Part shown: positions 50,744-60,027 of the stretch, piece by piece
Layout: every line of letters starts with the position of its first letter
Numbering within the stretch: position 1 is the first letter of the stretch
NCBI GenBank assembly: GCA_028283505.1
Contig: JAPOFX010000003.1
Span: forward strand, 68,125-132,124
Origin: Candidatus Poseidoniales archaeon
Lineage (GTDB): Archaea; Thermoplasmatota; Poseidoniia; Poseidoniales; Thalassarchaeaceae
Length of the DNA: 64,000 bases
Direction of reading: 5' to 3'
Notes under the pieces: model-generated
Databases searched by the model: none
What the model was told of the DNA's origin: nothing
What the model saw: only the letters and a program-made list of their open reading frames with translations
Made by a program: the position numbers and the translations under genes

Positions 50744-52171
50744 TCAATCAGCGTGTATTTCGTCCACATCTAGCCACAATACCACGCATTCTCTTTCAAT
50801 CACAGAGCTTACGGAGGGGGAAGTACGGCCCTCATCTGAATGAACCAGCTCTTTCACATAGGTTCCCGCTTCACACCTCAGAGAGAACTGAATCTCATCA
50901 TCTTCAACCAATATATTTGATATCGCAGTGACTCTTCTTTTCCTAGTCTTTGCTGCTCTTCTGTGAGAGACTCTCTTTGGGGTCTCCTGCTCAAGAGTGA
51001 TGCCAGAAAGGGCCGCTATCGATTTGACTGCTTCCTGCTCAGATATCGGATTATCGACCTTGAATCTGATGGTGTAGGATTTCTCAGACCTAGTCTCCTT
51101 CACCCTACTTACATCCTTCTTAGTACACCATTTGAGTGAGTTTACTCTCACCTTTTCCGGTTCATTTGAGTTTATTTCTTTCTCTATCTTAGATAATTCA
51201 AACTCCCTCAATCTTGGATTCTTTATTTCCAAGACGAATGGCCTTCCTGATCCGAGGCACCTAACATCTATGTCCTCCCTTCCCATTCCATGGAATGATG
51301 TGTCCGAGGCCCCTAGAATTTGCTTTACTGGATCACCAATTATGTCCTGAACGGACTCACTGTACTGAAGTCCAGTTCCCTCGCAGCTTTCACATCCATC
51401 CCCTCGGCCTCTGCAGGAGCGACACGGCCATCTGGTCTGGGGTATTCCTCTAACCAGCTTCTCATACCTCCCATAAATGAAAACCGGTCGAACATCAGTA
51501 TCCACTCTGAGTGTGAGGGTGTCAACTGTTACCATGATATCGGGGTAGTCCTTGACGAATGATATAGCAGGAGAGTTTAGTAACATCTCATTTTGAATAG
51601 CCATTGCGAATGATGACTTGAGTGGTCTCGATCCTTGTGAGCCATGTTTAGTTCTAATTGCGTCTTCACTCTGTAGGAGATCCTTGGGTAGGTGAATTCC
51701 GAGTTGCATAGTTTTGAATTCTATCCCATCTAATGACTCAGTTATTCTTTCAGCGATATTTCCGACATCATCAAATAAGTTCTCGCAGAGCGGACATATT
51801 TCGGATATCTCGGACTTTGAAAGCTCAGAATCTCTCGCATGAGCCTCGTTTCTCAATTCAGCGCCTCCTTCAAATCCTCGGGATTGGGTCCTCCTGCCAC
51901 TGATTCTATGAAGGCAATAATCACAGACTCCTATCTTGATGACATGAGCAATCCCCAAGGGGGCCGGACATGGGGGTGAATCCCAGTCTATGGAAGCTCC
52001 TTGGTTATAGAAATCGTCTCCATCGAACCACTCTTCTTCAGGAGCTTCATATTCCTCCTCAGTAGGTTCAGCCTCAGGAGACTCCACTACTCCATAACCT
52101 GCATTTGCATATAGATGCCATTCATCGTCTTCGATTTCCTTGGTATCTGGTTCCGAGGATTCATCTGACAT
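50744..52171 (-). CDS. pus10: tRNA pseudouridine(54/55) synthase Pus10
   Basis: N-terminal Zn-ribbon Cys pairs (CDYCLHR, CPLCEN). CRSCRGRGDGCESCEGTG. Catalytic region HGMGREDIDVRCLGSGRPFVLEI. It also carries an acidic N-terminal extension. Confidence 0.85.
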   Translation of the reverse strand: MSDESSEPDTKEIEDDEWHLYANAGYGVVESPEAEPTEEEYEAPEEEWFDGDDFYNQGASIDWDSPPCPAPLGIAHVIKIGVCDYCLHRISGRRTQSRGFEGGAELRNEAHARDSELSKSEISEICPLCENLFDDVGNIAERITESLDGIEFKTMQLGIHLPKDLLQSEDAIRTKHGSQGSRPLKSSFAMAIQNEMLLNSPAISFVKDYPDIMVTVDTLTLRVDTDVRPVFIYGRYEKLVRGIPQTRWPCRSCRGRGDGCESCEGTGLQYSESVQDIIGDPVKQILGASDTSFHGMGREDIDVRCLGSGRPFVLEIKNPRLREFELSKIEKEINSNEPEKVRVNSLKWCTKKDVSRVKETRSEKSYTIRFKVDNPISEQEAVKSIAALSGITLEQETPKRVSHRRAAKTRKRRVTAISNILVEDDEIQFSLRCEAGTYVKELVHSDEGRTSPSVSSVIERECVVLWLDVDEIHAD

Positions 52172-52254
52172 AAAATCACCAACAAGGTACAGGGGGAACC
52201 CGCATCCTAGTTATGCTTCTGACGGAAGATGGTTTTTTCACTTCTTCGTAAGAA

Positions 52255-52581
52255 TTACAGTTTCTTTCCTGAGGATTCTGATATCTTCCTAAGGTGTTCG
52301 AATGAGTGTATCCCACTCGAGCATCCAGTAGGCCACTCAAATCGCAGAGCATAGTTCCCAACTTGCTCGACCTTAGGCTTAACTAGCATCAATCTGGAGA
52401 TCTCTTCAAAGAATTCTATCTTCATTTGCTCATTGGTCTGCCTTGGCTTGCATTTTGCACACTGACAATTCTTCCTAACTTCGAGATATCCCAACTCGAA
52501 TTTCTCATTATCAGAAAATTCCAATATGCAATATGTATCTTCTCTATCAAGGGAAATCAATAGAGATTTTACATCCATCAT
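52255..52581 (-). CDS. DUF971 domain protein
   Basis: 108 aa. LEVRKNCQCAKCKPR...VGNYALRFEWPTGCSSGIHSFEHLR fits the DUF971 pattern, which is the N-terminal domain of the gamma-butyrobetaine hydroxylase family. ATGA overlap with the upstream gene. Confidence 0.6.
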   Translation of the reverse strand: MMDVKSLLISLDREDTYCILEFSDNEKFELGYLEVRKNCQCAKCKPRQTNEQMKIEFFEEISRLMLVKPKVEQVGNYALRFEWPTGCSSGIHSFEHLRKISESSGKKL

Positions 52582-53048
52582 TGTCCCTCTGCCTGCTGGG
52601 AAATGTTCTGAGAATTTAGTATTACATGCAACAGCAGGCCCACTGGCATAAGAACGACCCCGAAGAAGACTATTGTACGAGTCTTACTCAGACTTATTTT
52701 ATTCTCCAAAGCCTTCCTCCACATCCATCTCGTTGCCATTATATCTCCTGCAACGAAATGGGCCCAAGCCAGAACAGTACCCGATTCCGTTCCGAGAAGT
52801 TCGACCATTGTATCAAAGAAATCGAGTGGGTTACCGGCTATCAAGTCAATAATTCCCGTGGGATTGAGTAGTGTGGTTAGTATCCAGACGGCCAAAGGTC
52901 CAATGAAAATAGAGTTTCCATGTACCCAGTCTTTGGTCCTCTCCGATTCCGGCTCTAGGAGCATCAATAACCAGAATGGTCCAATCCAAACTGTGGGAAT
53001 TAGAAAGAGAATGATGTTGATTGTTTCCATAATGATTACCCAACTCAC
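52578..53048 (-). CDS. ABA4-like (DUF4281) four-TM membrane protein
   Basis: By eye it is co-linear with Arabidopsis ABA4. PFWLLMLLEP aligns with PFYTLMVVAP. LAWAHFVAGDIMATRWMW..ALENKIS...MPVG aligns with SAWIHLLVVDLFAARQVY..GLENQIE...CPVG. Confidence 0.6.
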   Translation of the reverse strand: MSWVIIMETINIILFLIPTVWIGPFWLLMLLEPESERTKDWVHGNSIFIGPLAVWILTTLLNPTGIIDLIAGNPLDFFDTMVELLGTESGTVLAWAHFVAGDIMATRWMWRKALENKISLSKTRTIVFFGVVLMPVGLLLHVILNSQNISQQAEGQ

Positions 53049-53062
53049 ATTTTCGTTTATTC

Positions 53063-54619
53063 TTAACTCACTTTGGCAATGCTTCTGGGCTTCCTGATAT
53101 CCTCAAACCACGTTTCAGCACCATTCCAATCTGGGACTATCCCCATATCTGCACAGATCAACTTAGCAGATATTCTACCACTTTCAAGAATAGTAGGAAG
53201 TCCGCTCCCTGGATGAGTCCCCCCTCCAACAAGGTAGAGGCTTTCAAGCTCCTCAAACTTGTTTTGTGGTCTTCTCCATAGCATCTGATCAAGGCCATGA
53301 GCAAGATTGAACACCGCTCCTTTGTAGATATCTCGAGATGCCCAATCATCTGGTGTGACTATTGTCTGGGACACAATGTGATCTTTTATTCCCTCAAAAC
53401 CAAGATTCTCCATTTGGGCAAGTATCACATCCATATATTCGTCCTTTATTTCTTCCCAATCTATTCCTTCATGTGAGCTACTGGCAGGAACTAGGACGTA
53501 GATTGTGGAGTGGCCCTCGGGGGCCATTGTCGGGTCTGTGACACACGCGTTTTGGACGTAAATCGATGGGTCGTCCCAAGTCACTTTGTTCTCCGTAACC
53601 TCTTTCAGATTTTTCTGATAATCCTTTGCGGCGTAAATTTGGTGATGAGGCGTGTCATACAATTTATCCAAACCGAGATAGAGCATGTAGGTCGAGCATG
53701 AATAGGATTTCTCATCTAGCTTCTTGTTGGACCACTTCTTGCGCAACTTATCGGGAATTAGTCCCTTCATTCCAGTAGCAAAATCTACGTTCATGACGAA
53801 TTTATCTGCTGTGTAAGTACCATTTTCAGTGATGGCTCCAACTACTTTCTTACCTTCGAAAACGAAATCATTCACTGGTTCGTTTAACCTGATATCAACT
53901 CCTAGATCTCTGGCTATTTCGCCCATCTTTTGGGTTATGCTTCCAAGTCCCCCCTCAGCATGGAACACACCGTGCTCGTACTCCAGATAAGCCAGGATAG
54001 TGAAGAGACTAGGTGCTTGGAACGGGCTCATTCCAAGATATTTTGTCTGGAATGACATAGCGAGCTGCATTCTCTCATCGGAGAACACCTTAGAGAGGTC
54101 GGATGATACGCTCCTCCAGGGTCTGAGGACCTTAGCTACTCTCATTGCTCTTCGACTCAACAAGTCAGTGGGCCCTCTCCAAGGGGAATTTAAGCAATTT
54201 TTAGAAAGGTCTAGTTTCGTCCTGTTGTCCTCAATATACTTCCTGAACCCCTTCGCATTATCCTCTCCACAGAGTACTCTAATCTGAGAGACCATATGTT
54301 CAAGATCTGTGCTGGCGTCTATACTTCCACCTGCACCGAAAACAAGCCTGTAGTTGGGATCTAGTTCTATCAGACCAAGTTCCTCTCTTGCATCAAGTCC
54401 GAGAGCCTCAAAAATCTCCTCGGCAATTTCTGGATAATGAAAGAATGTTGGACCGTTGTCATACTTGAAGCCGTCTTTCTCGAACACTCTGGTTCTCCCT
54501 CCAACACCATCAGACTTCTCCAGAATGGTGACATTCACCCCTGCTTTGGCCAAAAGCATTGAGCACGCTAATCCGCCTGGTCCTGCACCTACTACAACTA
54601 CGTCACTGTGTTTCGTCAT
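53063..54619 (-). CDS. Phytoene desaturase family FAD-dependent oxidoreductase (CrtI/CrtD-like)
   Basis: N-terminal dinucleotide fold VVVVGAGPGGLACSMLLAKAGVNVTILEKSDGVGGR. FKYDNGPT. C-terminal LYLVGGGTHPGSGLPTILESG. The ATG at 54619 has GGTGA upstream; the track start is a GTG at 54628. Confidence 0.8.
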   Translation of the reverse strand: MTKHSDVVVVGAGPGGLACSMLLAKAGVNVTILEKSDGVGGRTRVFEKDGFKYDNGPTFFHYPEIAEEIFEALGLDAREELGLIELDPNYRLVFGAGGSIDASTDLEHMVSQIRVLCGEDNAKGFRKYIEDNRTKLDLSKNCLNSPWRGPTDLLSRRAMRVAKVLRPWRSVSSDLSKVFSDERMQLAMSFQTKYLGMSPFQAPSLFTILAYLEYEHGVFHAEGGLGSITQKMGEIARDLGVDIRLNEPVNDFVFEGKKVVGAITENGTYTADKFVMNVDFATGMKGLIPDKLRKKWSNKKLDEKSYSCSTYMLYLGLDKLYDTPHHQIYAAKDYQKNLKEVTENKVTWDDPSIYVQNACVTDPTMAPEGHSTIYVLVPASSSHEGIDWEEIKDEYMDVILAQMENLGFEGIKDHIVSQTIVTPDDWASRDIYKGAVFNLAHGLDQMLWRRPQNKFEELESLYLVGGGTHPGSGLPTILESGRISAKLICADMGIVPDWNGAETWFEDIRKPRSIAKVS

Positions 54620-54624
54620 TTTAC

Positions 54625-55845
54625 TCACCCTAGATTTAAACCCGATTTGAACTCATTCAATGATCCTGTCATCTCGGAGATTAATTTAACTTCTGGGTAG
54701 GTCCTTATGACCAGACCATCCATGTACATCAATGATCGGATTATCGGGAACCCCTCCTCACCATAATCTGCACCAGCGTTTTCAACTGCAGACCTTACAG
54801 TTTTCATCATTACCTCGGTTAGGCTTTGCTGGCCGACGCTGAGGTTTTCGAAGTCTCTGTAAATCTCATGCATATCTTTTTTGAACTCCTCGACTTTTAC
54901 AGATCTTGGTCTTCTTTCTGCAAGTGAAATCAGAGATTCGAAAGCTAGGTCTTTGTCATTTGAAGAGAGGTGATAGAAGAAGTTGAAAAGAGAATTGCTA
55001 ACCTTTCTTGGAGCCTCGCAAATTGCCCCATTATCGATGAAAACAAAATTTCCTTGTTTGTCGAGGATGCAATTACCTGGGTGTAAATCACCGTGGAAGG
55101 TACCGACTCCGAACATAAAAGCCCCATGGATTCGAAATAATTCAAGCAAGTCCTCCCAAGCTAAGTTAGATTTGATTATTCCCTGTTCAAGCGTCTGACC
55201 ATCAATAAGCTCGGATACCAAAACGTGTCTGTTTGAGAGTTCTGGATAGTATTTGGGAAATCTTAGTCTTTTCATTGGGAAGTCCCCAGATAGCTCCTCC
55301 TTGATGGCGTTTAGCTTTGAAGCTCCAATAATTTCATTCCTCAAGTCAAGCTCCCTAAGAGTGTAGTCTTGGACGTGCTCCAAGAGCGCGATTGGGTTAC
55401 CCACTCTTCTAAGTTTAGGAGATAAAATCATGGCTAATTTTAGCCATCGAGTCATCCTCTTGACGTCCCTTTTGAATTTTCTCTCGTGATCCTCTTTGAT
55501 TACTTTGACGACCACTTTCTCACCGGTTTTTAGCTTGGCTTTGTGTACCTGTCCTACCGATGCAGCTGCTAGAGGTTCTACATCGAACCATGAGATATTT
55601 TCGTGATATGAGTCCGGAGCTTTCTCCTTTAGAATTTTGAATACGTTCTCAGTTGGAATTGTTGAGGCGCTGCTATACAAAGTCTGGAGTTGCTTGCACT
55701 TCTCTAGGCTGATTATGTCAGGTCTGAGAGCGAAAATCTGTGCTAGCTTCACGGCAAGAAGTCCTTGCTTCTGTATCCAGTCCAGATTTGCAGGAGACTT
55801 TCTAGTCACCTGCCTCATGAAAAGGGCGAACTTAAGCAAACGCAC
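54625..55845 (-). CDS. ABC1/UbiB/ADCK atypical protein kinase family
   Basis: Motifs: LAAASVGQVHKAKLKTGEKVVVKVI; FHGDLHPGNCIL; VFIDNGA. Confidence 0.85.
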   Translation of the reverse strand: MRLLKFALFMRQVTRKSPANLDWIQKQGLLAVKLAQIFALRPDIISLEKCKQLQTLYSSASTIPTENVFKILKEKAPDSYHENISWFDVEPLAAASVGQVHKAKLKTGEKVVVKVIKEDHERKFKRDVKRMTRWLKLAMILSPKLRRVGNPIALLEHVQDYTLRELDLRNEIIGASKLNAIKEELSGDFPMKRLRFPKYYPELSNRHVLVSELIDGQTLEQGIIKSNLAWEDLLELFRIHGAFMFGVGTFHGDLHPGNCILDKQGNFVFIDNGAICEAPRKVSNSLFNFFYHLSSNDKDLAFESLISLAERRPRSVKVEEFKKDMHEIYRDFENLSVGQQSLTEVMMKTVRSAVENAGADYGEEGFPIIRSLMYMDGLVIRTYPEVKLISEMTGSLNEFKSGLNLG

Positions 55846-55884
55846 AATATATCGGCATGGCGGTGATGATATAATGTGATGTAT

Positions 55885-57252
55885 CTATTCTAGAAGCTGG
55901 CTGTTGAAATTTATATCGTACCTGACGGTATTCTTTCTGTCTTCTAGGATATTTCTGGTTACTACCACTCCTGACTCCTCTGGGTATCTTGACAGCAGGG
56001 CCCCCTCAATTATTCCGTCATCGAGAGAATGCATCGGTAGAACTCCGGGCTTGTCGCTGGGATGTTCGACTAGGATGTGGAATTCTGGATCGATGTCGTA
56101 GCTTAGCTGTCCAAGCCCTGCAAACTCCCACCAGTCCATCATCTCGCTAAGATACTCGATGTTACCTTCTATGTTTCTCAATGAGAATGATAATTCTTCT
56201 CCCACTCTATTACCTACCTGTCTCAGAAGCGATTCAATATCTATTCCGAAAGCAGACAGGGCCTCGATACCTCCTGATTCAAGGTTCCTTCGAGCATCAC
56301 TGATTTCTAGTCCCGAAGCAAGGAAGGCGTCCGGGTTGAACGGGGTATCTTCTTCCGGAATGTCGTCTGTTATCTGGAGTACTTCTCTGATTTTCTCGAG
56401 GAATGAGCCACTATCTATCGTGAGCTTGAGCGGATCAACTATCTTTTCCTCGGTGAATCTCTTGGATGCAGTTTCGTAGGGCACGGCCTCTTCCCATATG
56501 GTATCGAGGAGGTTTCTTTGAGACTCGGCGAATGACTCTGACTCGACCATTAAGGCAGCGTCATTCTTGCCCCTGCCGACAGGGTTTGATTCCATGTTCA
56601 GGTATTGGATAACCTCAAAGTCGTCAACAAGTGCTCCTTGGGCATCCAGATCATCAGAGTGTCGGACCTCAATTGAGTCATGGAGATCTTGGTAGAACCT
56701 TATTGTCCTTCTCTCAAGTTGTGAGAGTACTCTGACACTGACGCCTCGATCTGCGGCATCATTCACAGCCTGCAATGCGCTACTTCTACACAGGTGAAGT
56801 ATTCCGAATTTTCCGAGTGTTAGGACAATATCTCTTTTTGCTCCTTCGGATATCTTCTCAATTCTCTTCATTATGTGCACTCTTTCTTTTAGTACGGCGA
56901 ACTTGGGTTCATCATCGAGCGGTTTACTCTCGATGACCGAGGAATATTTGGCCCCAGTCTGCATGTCTTCAAGGCCTTGCTCTATTCGATTGAGTTGTTC
57001 CTTTCTAATTTCAATTAGATGTGTCACTGCCTGATCAAGAGGTGGGCTTGAGAATCTCATGGGCCTATCGGCAGTTGTTGTAACTAATCCTATTCTTTGC
57101 AGCCTTTCAAGGGAATTATAGGCATCTAATCTTGTAGTGTCTAACTCCTTTGCCAGCTCACTGGCTTTGATGTTTGGCTTACGCGACAATACGGTCAACG
57201 CGTTAATCTCCCTCTCTGAGAGTCCAGCATCTGTTAGTATCTGATTCCACAT
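55885..57252 (-). CDS. TrmB-family transcriptional regulator (wHTH + large C-terminal domain)
   Basis: N-terminal LSEREINALTVLSRKPNIKASELAKELDTTRLDAYNSLERLQRIGLV. The start overlaps the bcp stop (TGATG at 57250-57254). Confidence 0.7.
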   Translation of the reverse strand: MWNQILTDAGLSEREINALTVLSRKPNIKASELAKELDTTRLDAYNSLERLQRIGLVTTTADRPMRFSSPPLDQAVTHLIEIRKEQLNRIEQGLEDMQTGAKYSSVIESKPLDDEPKFAVLKERVHIMKRIEKISEGAKRDIVLTLGKFGILHLCRSSALQAVNDAADRGVSVRVLSQLERRTIRFYQDLHDSIEVRHSDDLDAQGALVDDFEVIQYLNMESNPVGRGKNDAALMVESESFAESQRNLLDTIWEEAVPYETASKRFTEEKIVDPLKLTIDSGSFLEKIREVLQITDDIPEEDTPFNPDAFLASGLEISDARRNLESGGIEALSAFGIDIESLLRQVGNRVGEELSFSLRNIEGNIEYLSEMMDWWEFAGLGQLSYDIDPEFHILVEHPSDKPGVLPMHSLDDGIIEGALLSRYPEESGVVVTRNILEDRKNTVRYDINFNSQLLE

Positions 57253-57758
57253 CAGGAAAATCTTCCTCCGTCGGTAATTTTGCTGAGTGCGTCGAGAATC
57301 TTTGCTACGTGCCTCCTAGGCCTGAAGAGCCAGTCATAGACGTGGTGAATTGTGTTATCAGGCCCAATAACGAATGACGACTTGGCGGGGAATGTCCCAA
57401 GATGAACTGGAACATTGTACATTTCAGCGACGCTTCTGTCAGGGTCAGACAGGAGTGTGAAAGGGAGGTCAAGTTCACTCTTGAATTCCCTGTGTTGTTT
57501 TACCGAGTCTTCACTGATCCCTATAATTTCTACAGGAGGCTCAAGTGATCTGAACAGGTCGTACTGCTGTTTGAATGTTAGGCAACCCCTCTTGCATGTA
57601 GGAGATCCTGCTTTCGCATAAAAAAAGAGTACTTTCCAGGATCCTTCTAATTCATTGAACTTGAAATCATCCCCCTCACTTGTCTTCAGATTGAAGTCTG
57701 GTGCTTTCTCCCCAATCATTGATGACATGATTATCCCCTTTGGTGCGCTGGAGCTCAT
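57252..57758 (-). CDS. bcp: Peroxiredoxin (Bcp/PrxQ-like, AhpC/TSA family)
   Basis: Motif: GEKAPDFNLKTSEGDDFKFNELEGSWKVLFFYAKAGSPTCKRGC. The start is either 57758 (TAATG overlap with ribA) or 57728. Confidence 0.75.
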   Translation of the reverse strand: MSSSAPKGIIMSSMIGEKAPDFNLKTSEGDDFKFNELEGSWKVLFFYAKAGSPTCKRGCLTFKQQYDLFRSLEPPVEIIGISEDSVKQHREFKSELDLPFTLLSDPDRSVAEMYNVPVHLGTFPAKSSFVIGPDNTIHHVYDWLFRPRRHVAKILDALSKITDGGRFS

Positions 57759-58372
57759 TATATGTCAAGTATGTGGCCCATTCTTTTTCCCTTGGTAGAG
57801 AGATAATTGATATTCTCTACCGAAACACCAGATATATGCTCGACCCTGCGATCGACTTCAATTCCGTTGTCACGAAGTCCCTTTATCTTCATCGGATTGT
57901 TTGTCATAAGGCGAACTTTGCGGACTCCTGCATCAGCGAGCATTTTTGCCGCGATGGCGTAGTCTCGAGCATCAGCTGGGAGCCCTAGTGCTAGATTTGC
58001 GTCCAATGTGTCATAGCCGATATCTTGCAAAGCATACGCTTGTATCTTTGAATGGAGGCCGATTCCTCGTCCTTCTTGCCTTAGATAAACGATGGCCCCG
58101 CACCCAGCTTCCTGGATTTTTCTCATCGCAGTCTTTAACTGGGGGCCGCAATCGCATTTCATAGAGCCGAATGCGTCTCCAGTGAGGCATTCCGAGTGGA
58201 TCCTCACTAGGGGAGATTTGGCGCCCGATAAGTCGCCCGTGTACAGGAGCGAGTGCTCCTTCCCAGCCTCGTCCAGAGTGACACTCACTCTGAAGTTTCC
58301 ATACTCTGTGGGCAGGTATGCGTCAGCTTCAATTTCTATTGGTTCAGCATCTGATTTGACTTGGATAGTCAT
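57758..58372 (-). CDS. ribA: GTP cyclohydrolase II (bacterial-type RibA)
   Basis: Motifs: LVRIHSECLTGDAFGSMKCDCGPQL; GAIVYLRQEGRGIGL; KVRLMTNNPMK. Confidence 0.9.
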   Translation of the reverse strand: MTIQVKSDAEPIEIEADAYLPTEYGNFRVSVTLDEAGKEHSLLYTGDLSGAKSPLVRIHSECLTGDAFGSMKCDCGPQLKTAMRKIQEAGCGAIVYLRQEGRGIGLHSKIQAYALQDIGYDTLDANLALGLPADARDYAIAAKMLADAGVRKVRLMTNNPMKIKGLRDNGIEVDRRVEHISGVSVENINYLSTKGKRMGHILDI

Positions 58373-58478
58373 GATTGCGGGTCATTGCCCGAGGTTATGA
58401 ATGAGTGTTTGATATCGAGTAGGCGTGCAAACACCGCCTTATATGCGCATCCTGAGAGAAAAGGGCGTGTTGGACGTG

Positions 58479-60023
58479 ATGGGAGGACAAGTTACCTTTG
58501 GTTCCCCTAGGGTTCGGAAGATAAACGACAAACAAATCCGGCCCTCCGGTGAGTTCGTTCTTTACTGGATGACTTCTACAAGAAGATACCATTACAATGC
58601 TGCACTAGAAAGGGCTATTGATCTCAGCATCAGCCTAAACAAACCACTGCTGGTAATCGAGTGTATTTCAGTCAGACACGAATGGTCAAGTGAGAGGGTC
58701 CTCTCGTTTGTGGCGCAGGGGATGGTGGACAATTTGTCCATATTCGAGGACCAGGGAATCACTTACATCCCATGGATCGAGACTCATATCGACTCAGGGG
58801 ATGGGATGCTAAGGAAGCTATCCTCAAAGGCCTGCTCGATAATCATCGATGATTACCCGACATATCTCCCCCGATGGGTGATGGACAGAGCTAGTCTGTC
58901 AAGCGAGGTTTCCATGGAAGCTGTAGATTCTAACGGAATACTTCCCATGAATTACGCAGACAAAGCACATAAGACAGCCTATTCATTTAGAAAACATGTT
59001 CAGAGGAGCCTGCACAGTGCTCTGTCCACATTTCCAAGCGAGAACCCGATGGACGGGATAAAGTCTGACCTTTCGATGAAGAAATCAGAGGTATCGAAAC
59101 TTGTCAAAGATCTTGAGCTTGAGTTTACGCCCCTTGAATGGATCTGGAGAGTCGCTGAGGGAGGCGATGTAGCCAAAAAGGCCATGGCTCCGCTGAATAT
59201 AGATCATGAGGTATTTCCTGTCGAATCAGTCCGAGGAGGGCATTATGAAGCCGTAAGCAGGCTCGGCAATTTCATTGAGAAAAGACTAGCGAATTACTCC
59301 GAAGGTAGAAACGATCCAGATAACCCGGCCGTCAGTGGTCTTTCTCCATGGTTACACTTCGGACATATTTCCTCATTCAGGATAGTTAAATCAGTTATGG
59401 AAAAAGAACAATGGACATATGATTCGGTCTGCATTGAAGACACAGGTAAGGGTCACAGATCCGGTTGGTGGGGACTCTCGGAATCAGCAGAATCTTTCAT
59501 GGACCAGATCATCACATGGAGGGAGCTAGGATTCAACTTTGCCAACTTCAGAAGTGACCACAATACACTGGACTCTATACCCTCATGGGCTATGAAAACT
59601 CTAGACGAGCATAGAAACGACCAACGGGTGACTTACACCTTCGAGGAAATAGAGGGGGCCAAAACAGGTGATGAGGTTTGGAACTCGGCCCAGAGGCAAC
59701 TTCTGAGAACAGGACACATGCATAACTACCTCAGAATGTTGTGGGGGAAGAGAATACTAGAGTGGTCCCCGGACCCAGAAACTGCTGCTGATTGGATGAT
59801 TAGAATCAATGACAGATGGGCTCTGGATGGAAGAGACCCCAACTCCTACACCGGAATATTTTGGGTACTTGGAAGGCATGACAGAGCATGGGGGCCAGAG
59901 AGACCAATCTTTGGGAAGGTTAGGTACATGTCCTCAGCGAATACCAAGAAGAAGCTCAAACTAGACCGTTACATCTCAAGATGGGCGGAAGACGCGCCAA
60001 TCCCCAAGAGCCCACCATGGTGA
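58479..60023 (+). CDS. phr: Class II CPD deoxyribodipyrimidine photolyase
   Basis: Motifs: FVLYWMTSTRR; GLSPWLHFGHIS; GHMHNYLRMLWGKRILEW; DPNSYTGIFW. The ORF is open from 58425. I prefer the ATG at 58479 by comparison with N-termini of known class II enzymes and because of a CTTATATG element about 35 nt upstream. Confidence 0.85.
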   Translation: MGGQVTFGSPRVRKINDKQIRPSGEFVLYWMTSTRRYHYNAALERAIDLSISLNKPLLVIECISVRHEWSSERVLSFVAQGMVDNLSIFEDQGITYIPWIETHIDSGDGMLRKLSSKACSIIIDDYPTYLPRWVMDRASLSSEVSMEAVDSNGILPMNYADKAHKTAYSFRKHVQRSLHSALSTFPSENPMDGIKSDLSMKKSEVSKLVKDLELEFTPLEWIWRVAEGGDVAKKAMAPLNIDHEVFPVESVRGGHYEAVSRLGNFIEKRLANYSEGRNDPDNPAVSGLSPWLHFGHISSFRIVKSVMEKEQWTYDSVCIEDTGKGHRSGWWGLSESAESFMDQIITWRELGFNFANFRSDHNTLDSIPSWAMKTLDEHRNDQRVTYTFEEIEGAKTGDEVWNSAQRQLLRTGHMHNYLRMLWGKRILEWSPDPETAADWMIRINDRWALDGRDPNSYTGIFWVLGRHDRAWGPERPIFGKVRYMSSANTKKKLKLDRYISRWAEDAPIPKSPPW

Positions 60024-60027
60024 TTAG

